The notes under the pieces were generated by a model that did not search any database, was not told where the DNA came from, and saw only the letters and a program-made list of their open reading frames with translations. DNA of 64,000 nt, taken from the human T2T-CHM13v2.0 reference genome, Homo sapiens. The stretch is from assembly GCF_009914755.1 (NCBI RefSeq), contig NC_060926.1, one strand, 5' to 3'. The first letter of the stretch is position 1. Each line of letters opens with the position of its first letter. The position numbers were made by a program, and so were the translations under genes. Below are positions 39,046 through 56,580 of the stretch, piece after piece.

Positions 39046-39249
39046 ACTTGAAGATCATACATCACATAAATGAATCTGGATGTCGAAGCTAGACTTAAAC
39101 TATTTAAATCTGGGAGCTGTGAAATGAGGAAAAGTAATCTTTAATAGAAATTGACGAAGATATTATCTGCCATGAAAGAAAATGAACATGAATTCTCCAA
39201 GACTTTTATTACTAACATCCAGATAGGATACGTGTTTAGGAAACTGTAT

Positions 39250-40070
39250 ATTTTTACTTTTTGCTTTGAAATAATTTTAAATTTAAATAAATTTTGCAGG
39301 AATAGTATCAAGAACTTCCTTCTACCCTTTATCTAGATTCCTCGTTTTTAAGAATATATTTTTACATTTATCTTATAATTTTCTCTTTCACAATATATAT
39401 GATATAAATTACAAACAATATTTTTCTCCTAAACCATTTTTTAAACCATTTCAGTTGAAAAAACTGAATACTGCCTTAGCCCTTAATCATCATACCCTCT
39501 TAGCCCTTAATATTTCAATGTATATTTCCTATCAACAGTGTATGTTTCCTATTTCCTTTCAATGTATATTTATTTATTTCTTACATAATCATAGTATAGT
39601 TATCAAATTCAGGAAACTTAAACATCATATAATACCTTAATCTATAATCTATATTCTAATCTTATCAATGATCTCATTGAAGACCTTTTATAATGTTTTT
39701 CTTTCTTTTCCAGTACAGTTACCAATCTGGGATCATGCATTGCATTTGGTTGCCATGAATATTTAATTTCTTTTAATCTGGAACAGTTCCTCAGTCTTTG
39801 TTTTTCATGATACTGACATTTTTAAGAACTGTAAGCAATTATTTTGTATTACCTCCTTCATTGGGGTTTGTCAGGTATTTCTTCATGAGTAGGTTCAGCC
39901 ATTTTGGCTGGAATGCTAGGTGAGGCTTTGTGTCCTCTTCAGAATATTACTCAGAGGCACATGGCGTCCACTTGCCCCTAGTTGGTGATGTCCATTTTGA
40001 TCACTCAGTTAAGGTGTTGTCCAGTTCCTCCACTGTATGAATACCATTTGTCCTTTTGTGATGAATCATT
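39250..40070 (-). mobile_element. L1MC-like 3' fragment
   Basis: ttttgctttgaaataatttt...gatcatgcattgcatttggttgccatg...ttttaatctggaacagttcctcag. Confidence 0.75.
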
Positions 40071-40211
40071 TGTGGATGCTTAGTGCTTTGTTAGAGGCAG
40101 AGGGTTTGCACAGTGCTGTGAAAATGATTTGAAAACATTTGAAAATGAGTGGAATTATTTGATTTTGTGATTTGTTTTAAAGAGTTTATGAGGTCTCAAT
40201 CTGTCTTACAG

Positions 40212-40407
40212 GGGTAGAGACAGCTGTCATAGAATACATGTAAACCTAACTGTTTTTGAAAAACATTGGTGTGACACTTCCATAGGTGGTTTACCAAATT
40301 TATCAGATGAGTACAAGCAAATATTACATCTTGGAAAAGATGATAGTCTCACATGTCATCTGCACTTCCCGAAGAGTTGTGTTTTGGGTCCAATAAAGTG
40401 GTATAAG
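40212..40407 (+). CDS. IL1RL2: IL1RL2 exon (GRDSCHRIHVNLTVFEKHWC...GPIKWYK)
   Basis: 196 nt; cttacAG / AAG|gtaaaa; ends in WYK at phase 0 like the paralogous IL1R1 exon. Confidence 0.95.
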
Positions 40408-40599
40408 GTAAAAAAGAATTTTCTTATTGATATTTTTCCTCCTTTTCTTTAAAACCCACTGTTTTTTATAGGTTAAGTTGTATTTTTTAAGGCAGAATTG
40501 GTAAAGAAAGTTGTGTGCCTAAGATAGATTAGTTAGCTAGCAGTCATTGATAACGTTACCTTCCTAATTACTGTTTTTAAACATTTTTGGTTATTATAG

Positions 40600-44315
<3,716 letters not shown>

Positions 44316-47300
44316 TAAGTTTTGTATAAGTCCTCTGCTTTTCCTTTTTCTGAAATGTTGCCTTGGCTATTCTAACTTCTGTTTCTGCAGCACTTGGAGA
44401 TGGACTCAGGGCTATGACTAGCAATCCTAAGTGAGCATCGGATTTGATCCTCTGGATCTTTTAAAAATTCTGATGTTCAGCCTCACCTTCTGCTAACTGA
44501 AGCAGGTCACCCATGGGTGGCGCTTAGATGCCTTTATTTTAAAAACAACCCCTGGGCTTGCAAATGTAGGCAAAAGCTGAGGGTCAGCAGTGTAAGCAGG
44601 AGGGGTCACCTGATACTATACCACCTGCTCAGATTTGGTGATCCAGGTATGGCTGTTTTTGCCACTACCATGTGCTCAGACCTGGAATCACTCTTTGGGC
44701 CTCAGTGTTGTCATCTGTAAAACCAGAGGGTTGGAATCAATTCTGCAATATCTGGAGTCTGTGATCTTCTTGGTGCTGTGCCAAGGGATGTCATATGTCT
44801 TCAAAGAAGTTACAATTTATCAGAGGAAGCAGACAAGTAAACTAAGAATTTTATTACAGCATGAGGTGAACATAAAGAAAGCAAAACTAGAGCAGACCCT
44901 GGGAATGTCCATGGCTATGCTTCCTGGAAAAGGTGACTTTGAACTGTGCTTGAAGAGTGAACACAGTTAGCCTGGTGGGTACGGCAAGGAAGGTCAGTAA
45001 TTAGAGGGAAGCAGCAGGTGCAAAGGCGTTGGGTGAGAAAGAGAATGGTGTTTGGGGGCCTTGGTTAGAGTTTAGGGCACATGTAGAAAGATGGTGCTAG
45101 AAAATAAACACCATTTATGCCAACCTAAAGCATTTCAACAGTGAATCCTACCATCAGGAGAATGGCATGAGCAAATTCACATTTGAGAAAAGTCCTTCTG
45201 TGGGGCTATAGTGAATACATTGGAAGGCCTTGAGAATGGTGGCATGCTGATCATTTGGACTATCCTAGAAATCAAGTTAAGAAGTGCGGTTCATTTCAGA
45301 AAGTTATAAAGTAGAACTGAAAAATTAGGGAAAAGGAGGAACTCATGTCTGAGGGCCCCTAATTTTTCTAATTGTAAGGAGATGTTATGGGGAAAATTTG
45401 AAAGAGTAATGTAAGTAAATAGATGGAGATGTAATGAATTTGTAGTGGTACCAAGACCCCTGTTTATGTGATTATCTCCTATAGTGCTCTGCTCTCTGGT
45501 TGAAGGCTTGCAGGAGAGGGATGAAGGGATCCATCAGAATGGGTCTTTGCAGGTGAAGATGCTGGAAGGACGGAGGGCTGCAGAGTTGAGGTACTGGAAG
45601 GGAAGTGATTCAAGTGATGGACACGTGAATCCAGGATGGACAGGAAAGGAAATGATACCTGAAAGAGCTTGGAAATTAGACAAAAGTAGAGAGGTCAGGT
45701 GGGCTAATTCCAGTTAAGATAGAAAAGTGAGTTGAATGGATAGAAAGTTCAGGTGGAAAAGTGTAATGCCCATGGTGAGTCTTTTTATCCTGTAGAGGCC
45801 ATAAAACTAAAAAGACACAGGAACAAAATGACCATACCACCTTACATTTTGCTGAGTCACCTACTGCTAAGGCTCTGGATGGAATTCCATGTCTCCAGCT
45901 GGCTTTGCTGAAAGGTAAAGGTGAGGATGGAGGATCTTCCTGCTCTTTCTGCTGGAAAGCAGAGCCCTGGAGACACGGAAATTTCTCCAGCAGCATTGAA
46001 GTGTCCAGTCTCCAGTTCTGTGGGAGCTGAGTATTCCACTTTATTTGTTGGGGTGGCTCTTCCTGATGTGGCATTACTTGACACACTGGAGTTGCATAAG
46101 CGGCAACTCCTGGTCTCTGAATTGCAGGTGGTGTATTTCAGAGTTGATTCCCCACTTTCCAGATTGTGGTAGAGGTAGCGGCTCTCAGGGCAAGCTACTT
46201 CTGCAGTGTGGTTCTGGCCTCGATGCCACTTCCTGAGTACTTTCACAGATTTAGCAAAGCACCTAGTATCTTGTCTTGAATCCTTTTCTGCATAAAATAT
46301 AGAATGATTTTTGTTTGCTAAATCCAGACAGAGATATATGGCTTCATGGCTCTGTTTCAAAGATTAAATGATCTAATCTATCCACGAAGCATTTAGTTCA
46401 GCATGAGTACATAATAGGTACGTAATAAATAAATATTAGAGATTATTATGTTACAATAAAGGAATGAATGAGCTGGAATAGGGAATCAGTCAGAAAGTAA
46501 TAAATTTAATTTTAAGAATTTTGAGACAGAGGTTCTGGATAATGGCAAATCCCTACGAAAATCCTGGCTTACGTCTGGGAGAATTGAAAACTGAAAGTCC
46601 CCAGGAAGTCTTTGAAATTGAAGAGCTTACAGAGGACAAGGTTTGGGTATTAAGACATCTGTCTACACCTGGAAAAGTGGTAATGTCCCCAATTTTGTTT
46701 TTGTTTCAATCCCAAATTACTCCTCAGCACAGTGGTTTTGGGTCCCTATCACTGTGCTCAATCTGAACTTGCTGAAGTTACTTCGCGCTCTTCAGTTGCT
46801 AAATTGACATTCATTTTCAACCTGATTGTGGCATTCAACATTGCTGGGCACTCCCATCAGCTAGGAACTCCTTTCCCATTTCCTTCTAAGACTTATTCTT
46901 TGTCTCTGTTTATCTTTTTTATTTTTATTTTTTTCTGGTGCTTCCTTTGTAATCATCACTGAGTTCTTTTCCTCTATATTTGGGTCTTAGGATTTGAGGT
47001 TCCCCATGGTTTCAGCTGCGGTCATCTTCTGTGCTCGCTTTTGCTTACATTCAAGTGGATGATTTATAGAACCATCCGTTTGGCTCTATATTCTCCATAT
47101 GGCTCCCAGTTCTCTTCCACTTGGACCTTTCTTCCAATCTCCAGATTTCTTTGTCCAACCGTCTAATGTACAGTCTCCTTAGACCCTCCCATCCCCACCA
47201 CTCACCCCATGCACCATGGTTAGATCTATTTTTTAATCTTACCCTAAATAGGATCATTTTCTTCATTTCTTTGCATTCCTTCTTCTTCTTAGTAACACCT

Positions 47301-48140
47301 TTGCTTACCTAAGACTGTAGAAGTCCTGCTCCCTCTGCATATTCCAAATTTGTCACTAAATTCTGTGGACTGGAACTGCTTAAAATAATTGTTTTTTGTT
47401 TTTTACTTGCTATCCCTACTTCCCTGCCTTAGTTTAGGTTCCATTTGGTCTCAGTTTATGGAAATAAAATCTAAATGGTCTTTAGCATTGCACTATTTTA
47501 ATCCTTTAAACTACACAGCAACTAAAGGATCTTTCTCAAAAGAAAATCTGATTGTCTTATTCTCTTGCTCAGAAAGCTTCTGATGCTCGTCTCCTCTTCA
47601 TGGTTTTCTGTGACAGGTCTCCTGACTGCCTCACCAGTTTTATCTCCATCACTATTCTGTACCCACTGCATCTTAGTAAGAATTCTCAAGGCTATTTTGT
47701 GTTTCTGAAATATTGTACATGCTGGGTCAGGAGTTTTCTTCACGTTGCCTGGAATACATAAGGCATTCAAAAGTGGACGCTATTGTTCTTAACATTTTAA
47801 TTTTAAATCTTGTTAGTGAGACATTACCCTAAAGATTTTAAATTTAAATCCAAGCTCATTGAGAGTTTAAACTTTGAAATAATGTTCCAGTGGATCAGAA
47901 TAGAGGTAGTCTAAGTTATAGCAAAGCGACAGAATGGCCCTCAGCTGCAAGGCTGAACTTTAAGATGATTAAAATATGTATATCTTGAAAGAAAGAATGA
48001 ACCCATCAGAAAGAGGACTGCTCAGCCATGGAAGCACAGCAAGGGAGGCCCAGAGACTGTGCCTAGCCAGAGACTATCCAGGGCAGCCTGTCCAGGGAAG
48101 AGGTTTATGAAATGTGAGGACTAGACATTGTACTTTGTTT

Positions 48141-48403
48141 GGGCTGAGTTCAGTGGCTTATGCCTGTAATCCTAGCACTTTGGGAGGCTAAGGTGGGCAG
48201 ACTCCTTGAGCTCAGGTGTTCGAGACCAGCCTGGGCTTCATGGTGAAACCCCACCTGTACTAAAAAAACAAAAAATTGGGGTGTGGTGGCACGTACCTGT
48301 AGTCCCAGCTACTCGGGAGGCTGGAGTGGGAGGATCCCCCGAGCTCAGGAAGTGGGCGACAGAGCTAAGACCCTGTTCCAGCAAAAAAAAAAAAAAAAAA
48401 AAA
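48141..48403 (+). mobile_element. AluJ-like element with a right-arm deletion
   Basis: Diverged Alu arms and an A21 tail. Confidence 0.85.
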
Positions 48404-49561
48404 GTGCTTGTCTGTATCCTAAAGAAGGAGACATCACAATATCAGAGTCTGATCCCTTTATACATCTAACTCTGATTAGTAATTCCCATTTTGTTTGACA
48501 AGCAGTTGTCAGATTATGAGTTGGTTTCCCATATCAGGTATTTATAGGGAAATAATGTAAGCCTTATAGGAAGTAGCATTTCACATTATAAATAAACCAA
48601 TGCTTGTTTGGCATTAATTATTTACTGCATCCTGCTGGGCGGCTCTATTCATGCTGTTCCAGGGGTGGAGAATGAAGTGTGACTCTGAACCATGCCTAAG
48701 TGAGGAGAGAGCTTAACACTTGGGCAGGTAAATATTTATTTAATTAGGAGTTTGCATGTTGATTTTATCTTTTAGATTGTGCACTTCCTGAGGAGAGGGA
48801 TTGCATCTTAGTCCTGCATGGCCAGGCCTGTCACAGTGCAGGCAAACTGCAGGAATTCAAATGTTTGAATGAACAAATGGACTCAATTAGCTAAGCAGTC
48901 ACTCTGTGGACTGCAGCTTCTTGGAGGACAGGGAGCAGGTTTGGGAGAATTCAGAAGGTGGCCCAAGGGATGGAAGAACTGGTGATTAGCATGAGAATGT
49001 GAGCCTAGGACAGGACAGAGAAACAGTGAGGCTTGCCCTCTGGGTGGTTGCTGGGAGAGAAAGCATTCCTGAGACTCACTGGTCTTCTGGTTGGTTGGGT
49101 GTGAGGTTGTTGCCTTGTCCATGGAGGAGGCATGGGAAGCGGGAGAAGTGATGTGACATCTGCCCACCATAAACCTGGCCAGCTTCCTTTGATCACTGTT
49201 CAGACCTTCAAATTGGATGTTGGTGAAGAATTATTTTGGACTTCTATAAAGTCCAATGCTTGATAAGTGCAGAAAGTGTAATTGGGCCCGCAAGGCAGTG
49301 GGAGCAGTTGTTATTCACCTGGGTTTCCAGTCTTGGCAGAGGGTCTTGGGCCATTAAGCGGGAGTCCACTGGCAGACATGGGCCCCTGAAGGTGGAGGAC
49401 ATTCCTGCCTGTTCATGTCCTCCTGCAAAAAACTGACCCAGGCTCAGTTTTCCTCCATGAAGTCTTCCTTCCAACTCACGTAGGCCACTCTCCTCTCAAG
49501 TCCTACTAGACTTATTGTTTGTATCATTCACTTCAGCCTGTAAAATATCCTTTGTCAAATC

Positions 49562-49722
49562 TGTGTATATCTATATACACACACATGCACATATATATGT
49601 ACACACACACACATATATACACATTATATACAGACTAGGCAGGGAATTCTGCTGCCTATCTATCCATCTATCATCAATCTATCATCTACCTATTTTTCTA
49701 TTTACCTAGCTAGCTAGCTATC
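49562..49722. repeat. (TA/CA)n and (TATC/TAGC)n simple repeats
   Basis: Read directly from the sequence. Confidence 0.8.
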
Positions 49723-49819
49723 TGTTGTCTTCCAGTTAGACTGTAAATTACCTAAATACTAGGGATCACACAGGTTTCTAAGTATTCATTGAATTGAATT
49801 TTGTTTTTATTTGTATTAG

Positions 49820-49979
49820 GACTGTAACGAGATTAAAGGGGAGCGGTTCACTGTTTTGGAAACCAGGCTTTTGGTGAGCAATGTCTCGGCAGAGGACAGA
49901 GGGAACTACGCGTGTCAAGCCATACTGACACACTCAGGGAAGCAGTACGAGGTTTTAAATGGCATCACTGTGAGCATTA
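49820..49979 (+). CDS. IL1RL2: IL1RL2 Ig2 exon (DCNEIKGERFTVLETRLLVSNV...DRGNYACQ...ITVSI)
   Basis: 160 nt; gtattAG / A|gtaagt; overlaps ORF 49856-50095. Confidence 0.96.
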
Positions 49980-50554
49980 GTAAGTATGCTCATGTATGCC
50001 TGTCGCCTTGTATTCTCTTGGCTTTGTGTGAACTGGCTTCTGGCTTTGGGTTTTGGGCTTTGAGCAGGAGTGATTCTAGGTCTTGGTTTCCCTGAAGGCT
50101 AGTAGGCTCTCAGACCTGCCACTGTTAGAATCAGAAGGTGGGAAGAGTGAGGCAGAAGGGCATGAGCAGCTTAGTTTCCTCTTCTGAACAACAGAACACT
50201 CAAAACTCTTGGTTGATTTGTGAAAATTAAATGAGATCATGCACATAGACTAGCTGCTGGGGTACCTGATGAAACACAAGTATCTAGACAATAGTAGATG
50301 TGATGAACATGACTGTCATTCACCTCAGCCTTCATTGTCGTGAATATTCCTGCGGGCCTTCCAGCTGAGGCCTCCCCTGCCTCAAGTGCCGCAGAGCTCA
50401 GAGTTCTGGATATGGTCCTGGGATATCCTGCTGCTCATGGACCTGTGTTCTCAGCCCAGAGCAGCCAGCTCTCTTGAACATATGCCTGGAGGTTTGAAAG
50501 TAGAATCTTAGGGGAAGAAGAAACCCTAAAAGTAAATTAGCTCAAGCCACTAAT

Positions 50555-53500
50555 TTAATTTAATTTTTTTAATTTTCAATTTTTGTGGGTACATAATAGG
50601 TATATATATTTATATATAGTATGTGCATATATTACATAATAATAGGTGTATTATATATATAATAATGGGTATATGATATATTAAACACATAATAAGTGTA
50701 TATATTACATAATATGTGTATATTTATAATCCATGAGCATAGAATATTTTTTCATTTTTTGGTGTCCTCTTCAATTTCTTTCATCAGTGTTTTATAGTTT
50801 TCATTATAGAGATCTTTCACTTCTTTGGTTAATTCCTAGGTATTTAATTTCGTTTAATTCCTATGTATTTTAATATTTTTGAAATGATGATATGGTTTTA
50901 TGTGTGGCTATTGTAAATGGGATTACTTGTAAAATATCTTTTCACATTGTTCACTGCTGGCATATAGAAATGCTACTGATTTTTGTATGCTGATTTTGTA
51001 TCCAGCAACTTCACTGAATTTATTAGTTCTAATAGTTTTCTTGTGGAGTCTTTAGGTTTTCCCAAATATAAGATCATATCATTTGCCAACAATGATAATT
51101 TGAATTCTTCTTTTCTAATTTGGATGCCGTTTATATCTTTCTCTTGTCTGATTTCTCTAGCTAGGACTTCCAGTACAATGTTGAATAACAGTGTTGACAG
51201 TGGGCATCCTCCTCGTGTTCCAGAACTTAGAGGAAAGGCTTTCGGTTTTTCCCCATTCAGTATGATACTAGCTGTGGGTCTGTCACATATGGCTTTTATT
51301 ACATTGAGACATGTTCTTTCTACTTCCAGTTTTTTGAGGGTTTTTATCATGACCTGCTGAATTTTATCAAATGCTTTTTCCGCATCAATTGCAATGATCA
51401 TATGGTTTTTAGCCTTTATTCTGTTGATATGATGTATTACATTGATTGATTTGCAAATGTTAAACCATCCTTGCATCCTAGGGATGAATCCCATTTGGTC
51501 ATGATGAATGATCTTTCTAATGTATTGTTGAATTCTGTTTGCTAGTACTTTGTTGAGGATTTTTGCATCAATATTCATCAGAGATACTTGCCTATAGTTT
51601 TCTCTCTCTTTTTTTTTTTTGATGTGTCTTTGTCTGGTTTTGGTATCAGGGTAATAACTGGCCTCATAAAATGAATTTGGTAGTATCTTCTCATCCTCTA
51701 TTTTTTTGAATAGTTTGAGCAGGATTGGTATTAGTTCTTCTTTAAATGTTTGTTAGAATTCAGTGGTGAAGCCATCCAGTCCTAGACTTTTCTTTAATAA
51801 AGAGACTTCTTTCTCTTTAATAAAGATACTTTATTAAAATTTCTATATTGTTACTTGTTATTGGTCTGTTTAGGTTTTGGATTTCTTCCTGGTTCAATCT
51901 TGGTAGGTTGTATTTGTCTAGGAATTTGCCCATTTCTTCTAGAGGGATTTCCTATTCATTGGCATACAGTTGCTCATAGTAGCCATTAATAATCTTTTGG
52001 ATTTCTGCAATATCAGTTGTAATGTCTCCTTATTCATTTCTGGTTTTATTTATTTGTATCTCCTCTCTTTTTTGCTTAGTCTGGCTAAAGGTTTGTCAAT
52101 TTTGTTTCCCTTTTTAAAGAACCAACTTTTTGTTTCATTGATCTTCTGTGTTTTTTTCATTTCAATTTCATTTATTTCTTCTACTAATTTTGGGCCTGGT
52201 TTGCTCTTGCTTTTCTAGTTCTTTAAGATACATCATTAGATTGTTTGTTTGAAGTTTTTCCTCTTTTTTGATGTAGGCACTTATAGCTATAAACTTTTCT
52301 CTGAGTACTGCTTTTGCTGTATCCCATATGTTTTAGTATGTTGTGTTTCCATTATTTGTTTCAAGAAATTTTTCAGTTTCCTTCTTAATTTCTTCATTGA
52401 CCCACTGGTCATTCAGAAGCATACTGTTTAATTTCCATGTATTTGTATAGTTTCCAAAATTCCTCTCGTTATTGATTTCTAGTTTTATTCCATTGTGGTC
52501 AGAGAAGATGCTTGATATTATTCCAATTTTTTCAGTGTCTTAAGACTTGTTTTGTGACCTAACAGATGGTCTGTCCTTGAGAATGATCCATGTGCTAAGG
52601 AAAAGAATATGTATTCTACAGCCATTGGATGAAACGTTCTGTAAATGGATCTATTAGATCCATTTGGTCTATAGTGCAGATAAAGTCAGATGTTTCTTTG
52701 TTGATTTTCTGCCTGGAAGATCTGTCCAATGCTGAAAGTGGGATATTGAAGTCTCCAGCTATTATTGTATTGGAGCCTATCTTTCTCTTTAGCTCCAATA
52801 ATATTTGTTTTTATATCTGAGTGCTTCAGTGTTGGGTGTTATATCCTCTTGCTGAATTGACCTTTTTATCATTACATAGTGACTTGCTTTGTCTTTTTTT
52901 ATAGTTTTTGTCTTGAAATCTATTTTCTCTAAGCATAGCTACTCCTGCTCTTTTTTTTGTTTTTGATTGTCATGGAATATCTTTTTTCATACCTTTATTT
53001 TCAGTCTATGTGTGTCTTTATAGGTGAAGTGTGGAAACAATCAATGGGTCTTGTTTTTTCATTCATTCAGCCATTCTACATCTCTTTATTGGAGAGTTTA
53101 GTCCATTTACATTTAATGTTATTATTGATAGGTAGAACTTACTCCTGTCATTTTGTTATTTGTTTTCTGCTTGTTTTGGTCTTCTCTTCCTCCTTTCTTT
53201 CCTTCCTGTCTTCTTTTAGTGAAGGTGATTTTGTCTGGTGATATGACTTGATTTCTTGCTTTTTATTTTTTTGTGACTCTATTGCATTTTTTCTGGTTTG
53301 AGGTTTCCATGAGGCTTGAAAATACTATTTTATAACCCATTATTTTAACCGGATAACAACTTAATATTGTTTGCATAAACAAACAAGCAAAAAGAAAACT
53401 AATAAAAATTTTACACCTTAACTTTATTCCCCTGCTTTTTAACTTTTTGTTGCTTCTATTTATATCTTGTACTCACTACACCTTGAAAAGTTGTTGTAGT

Positions 53501-56500
53501 TATTATTTTTGATTGGTTCATCATTCAGTCTTTCTAGGATAAGAACAGTTTCACACCACAGTTACAGTGTTAAAATATTCTGTGTTTTTCTGTGTACTTA
53601 TTATAACCAGTGAGTTTTGTGCCTTTGGGTGATTACTCATTGCTCATTAATGTCCTTTTCTTTCTGATTGAAGTACTCCCTTTAACATTTCTTGTAGGAC
53701 AGGTCAGTAGATGAAATCCTTCAGCTTTCGTTTGTCTGGGAAAGTCTATTTCTTCTTCATGTTTGAAGGTTATTTTTGTGGATATGCTATTCTAGGGTAA
53801 ACGTTTTTAAAATGTGTCATGCCACTCCTGGCCTATAAGGTTTCCACTGAAAAGTCTGCTGCTAGATGTATTAGAGCTCCATTGTATGTTATTTGTTCCT
53901 TTTCTCTTGCTGCTTTTAGAATCCTTTCTTTATCCTTGACCTTTGGGAGTATGATTATTAAATGTCTTGACGTAGTCTCCTTTGGATTAAATCTGCTGGG
54001 TGTTCTATAACCTTCTTGTATTTGGGGACTGATATCTTTCTCTAGGTTTGGGAAGTTCTCTGTTATCCTTTTGAATAAACTTTCTACTCTTTTCTGTTTC
54101 TCTACCTCCTCTGTAAAGCCAATAACTTTTAGATTTGCCCTTTTGAGGCTATCTTCTAGATTCTGTATGCAATGCTTCATTGTTTTTTATTCTTTTTTCT
54201 TTTGTCTCCTTTGACTGTGTATTTTCAGATAGCCTGTCTTCCAGCCTGCTAATTCTTTCTTCTGCTTGATACATTCCTCTATTAAAGGACTCTGATGCAT
54301 TCTTCAATATGCCAATTGCATTTTTTCATTTCCAGAATTTCTGCTTGATTTAAAAAATCTTATTTCAATCTCCTTGTTAAATTTATCTGATAGAATTCTG
54401 AATTCCTTTTCTATGTTATCTTGAATTTCTTTGCGTTTCCTCAACACAGCTATTTTGAATTCTCTGACTGAAACATCACATATCTCTGTTCCTTCAGGAT
54501 TGGCCCCTGGTGCCTTATTTAATTCATTTGAGGAGGTCATGTTTTCCTGGATGGTGTTGATGCTAGTAGATGTTCTTCAGTGTCTGGGCATTTAAAAGTT
54601 AGGTATTTATTGTAGTCTTCACTCTCTGGACTTATTTGTACTTGTCCTTCTTGGGAAGGCCTTCCAAAGGATTTGAGTGTTTCGATCAAAGCTGTATCTG
54701 CTTTAGGGGGCACCCTAAGCCCAGTAATGCTGTGGTTCTTGCAGACCTGTAGAGGTACCACCTTGATGATCTTGGACAATATCTGGGAGAATTCTCTAGA
54801 TATCAGGCAGAGACTTGTTCTCTTCCCTTACTTTCTCCCAAACAAACAGAGTCTGTCTGTCTGTTCTGAGCCACCTAAAGCTGATGGTGGAGTGACACAG
54901 GCACCACTTTGGCCATGACCACTAGGACTGCTGGGTCAGACCTGAAGCCAGCACAGCGCTGGGTCTTGCCCAAGGCCTGCTTTACCCACTCCCTGGCTAC
55001 TGCTTATGTTTGCTTTAGGCCCTGGTGCTCTACAATCAGCCGGTGGCAAAGCCAGCCAGGCCTGTGTCCCTCCCATCATGGCTGATTGCCACTGGCAAGG
55101 TCTCTCAGGCCCTGGGTGGATCCAGAGGTGCCATCTAGGAGTGAGGGATTAGAGTAAACAAACCTTAGAAGTCTACCAAGTGTTTTTTTGTACTGCAGCT
55201 GAGCTGGCAGTCAAACCACAAGACGTAGTCCTTCCCACTCTTCCCTCCCCTTTCCAAAGGCAGAGGAGCCTCAGCATCCATAGCCAGTGCCACAGCCGGC
55301 CACAAGGAGTACTGCCAGACTACCGCAGATTTTCCCTTAAGGTCCAAGAGCTCTTAAGTCAGCTTGTGGCAAATGCTGCCTTCCTGGGACTCACTCTTCA
55401 GGGCACTGGGCTCCCTTCTGGCCCAGGGCATGTGCAGAAGTGCCATCCAAGATTCAAGTCCCAGAATCAGGGACCTCAAGAGCCTGCTTCATGACCTACC
55501 CTCCCCTGTGGCTATGCTAGTACCTGAAGTGCAAGACAAACTTTTCCTTCTGCTTTTCTCAAGCAAAAGGAGTTTTGCCCTATAATCACTGCAGCTAATA
55601 ATGTGCTCAGTCTCACCTAAAGCCAGCAAGTTTCAGATGCTCACCCAAGGCATTCAATGTAATACCTGGATAATTGCTACTGATTATTCATGGCACAAGG
55701 ACTCTTAAGTTAGCAGGTGATGAATGCTGCAAGGACTGAATCCTTTCCGTCAAGGCAGCGGGTCCCCTTCTGGCCCATGGTATGTCTGTAAATGTTATCT
55801 GGGAGGCCTGGAACAGGGGCTTCATGACTCTGATCATTGTTCTCTCTTGCTGTGGCTGAGCTGGCATCCAAGATGCAAGTGAAGTCCTCTCCGCTCTTCC
55901 CTCTCCTCTCCTTAAGCAGAAGGAAAGCGTCTCTTTTATAGCTGCAAGGTGTGCAGTCTGGGGTGATAAAGAGGGGTGATGCCCACACTCCCTTGGCTGC
56001 CCTAGATGGGAATACTGAGGTATATTGCATGTCCCACTCCAGTCCACCGTCTCTGGGCAGCACTAGGACTCACCTAAGAGTTGCAGTCCCTGTGGCCCAG
56101 ACTGCCTCTCAAGTTTACTTAGAGACCCAGAGCACTTTAGCTTGTGGTGGTAAGATTTACAGGAACTCAAGTTCTGATCACTGGGATTAACAATTCCCTC
56201 TGTCTAGGGCTGGTTTAAATGTTCCCTCCATGAGCCCGTGGCAGCTGAGTTTGGTCCAGTTTTCCTTTCTGTTCTAACAAGTCAGCATTGAGTTCAGTGC
56301 CTCACAATTGTGGTGTCCTTTCTCCTCCAGCAACCAGAGACACTCTCAGTACCATGCCGCCACTGTCAGGGGTTGGCGAGAGTGGCATTGGTGATTGAGG
56401 ACTGCTTTTTCTATCTCATTGGTGTCCTTTTCTGTGATACAGATTTAAAACCAGATACTATGAGTGATTTTTGGTTCTTATGAAGGTGTTTCTTCTGTGT

Positions 56501-56580
56501 AGATGGTTGTTAACTTGGTGTCCTTGTAGGGGAGACAATTGGCGGATTCTTCTATTCTGCCATCTTGTTCCACATTCTCT
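50555..56580 (-). mobile_element. Large L1MA1/2-like LINE-1: 5'UTR, ORF1, ORF2 EN/RT and an extreme 3' end with an internal deletion
   Basis: Minus ORFs 50973-51578 ([13 protein letters not shown]), 52616-52798 (EN, IIAGDFNIPLS) and 53833-54540 (ORF1). 5' start caagatggcagaatagaag near 56565; L1MA-type 3' end near 50570. Confidence 0.92.

Noticed and set aside
50973-51578. 201-aa reverse-transcriptase ORF as a possible novel RT system
   Set aside because: It is a disrupted LINE-1 ORF2 fragment (catalytic FADD reads LAND) inside a dead L1.
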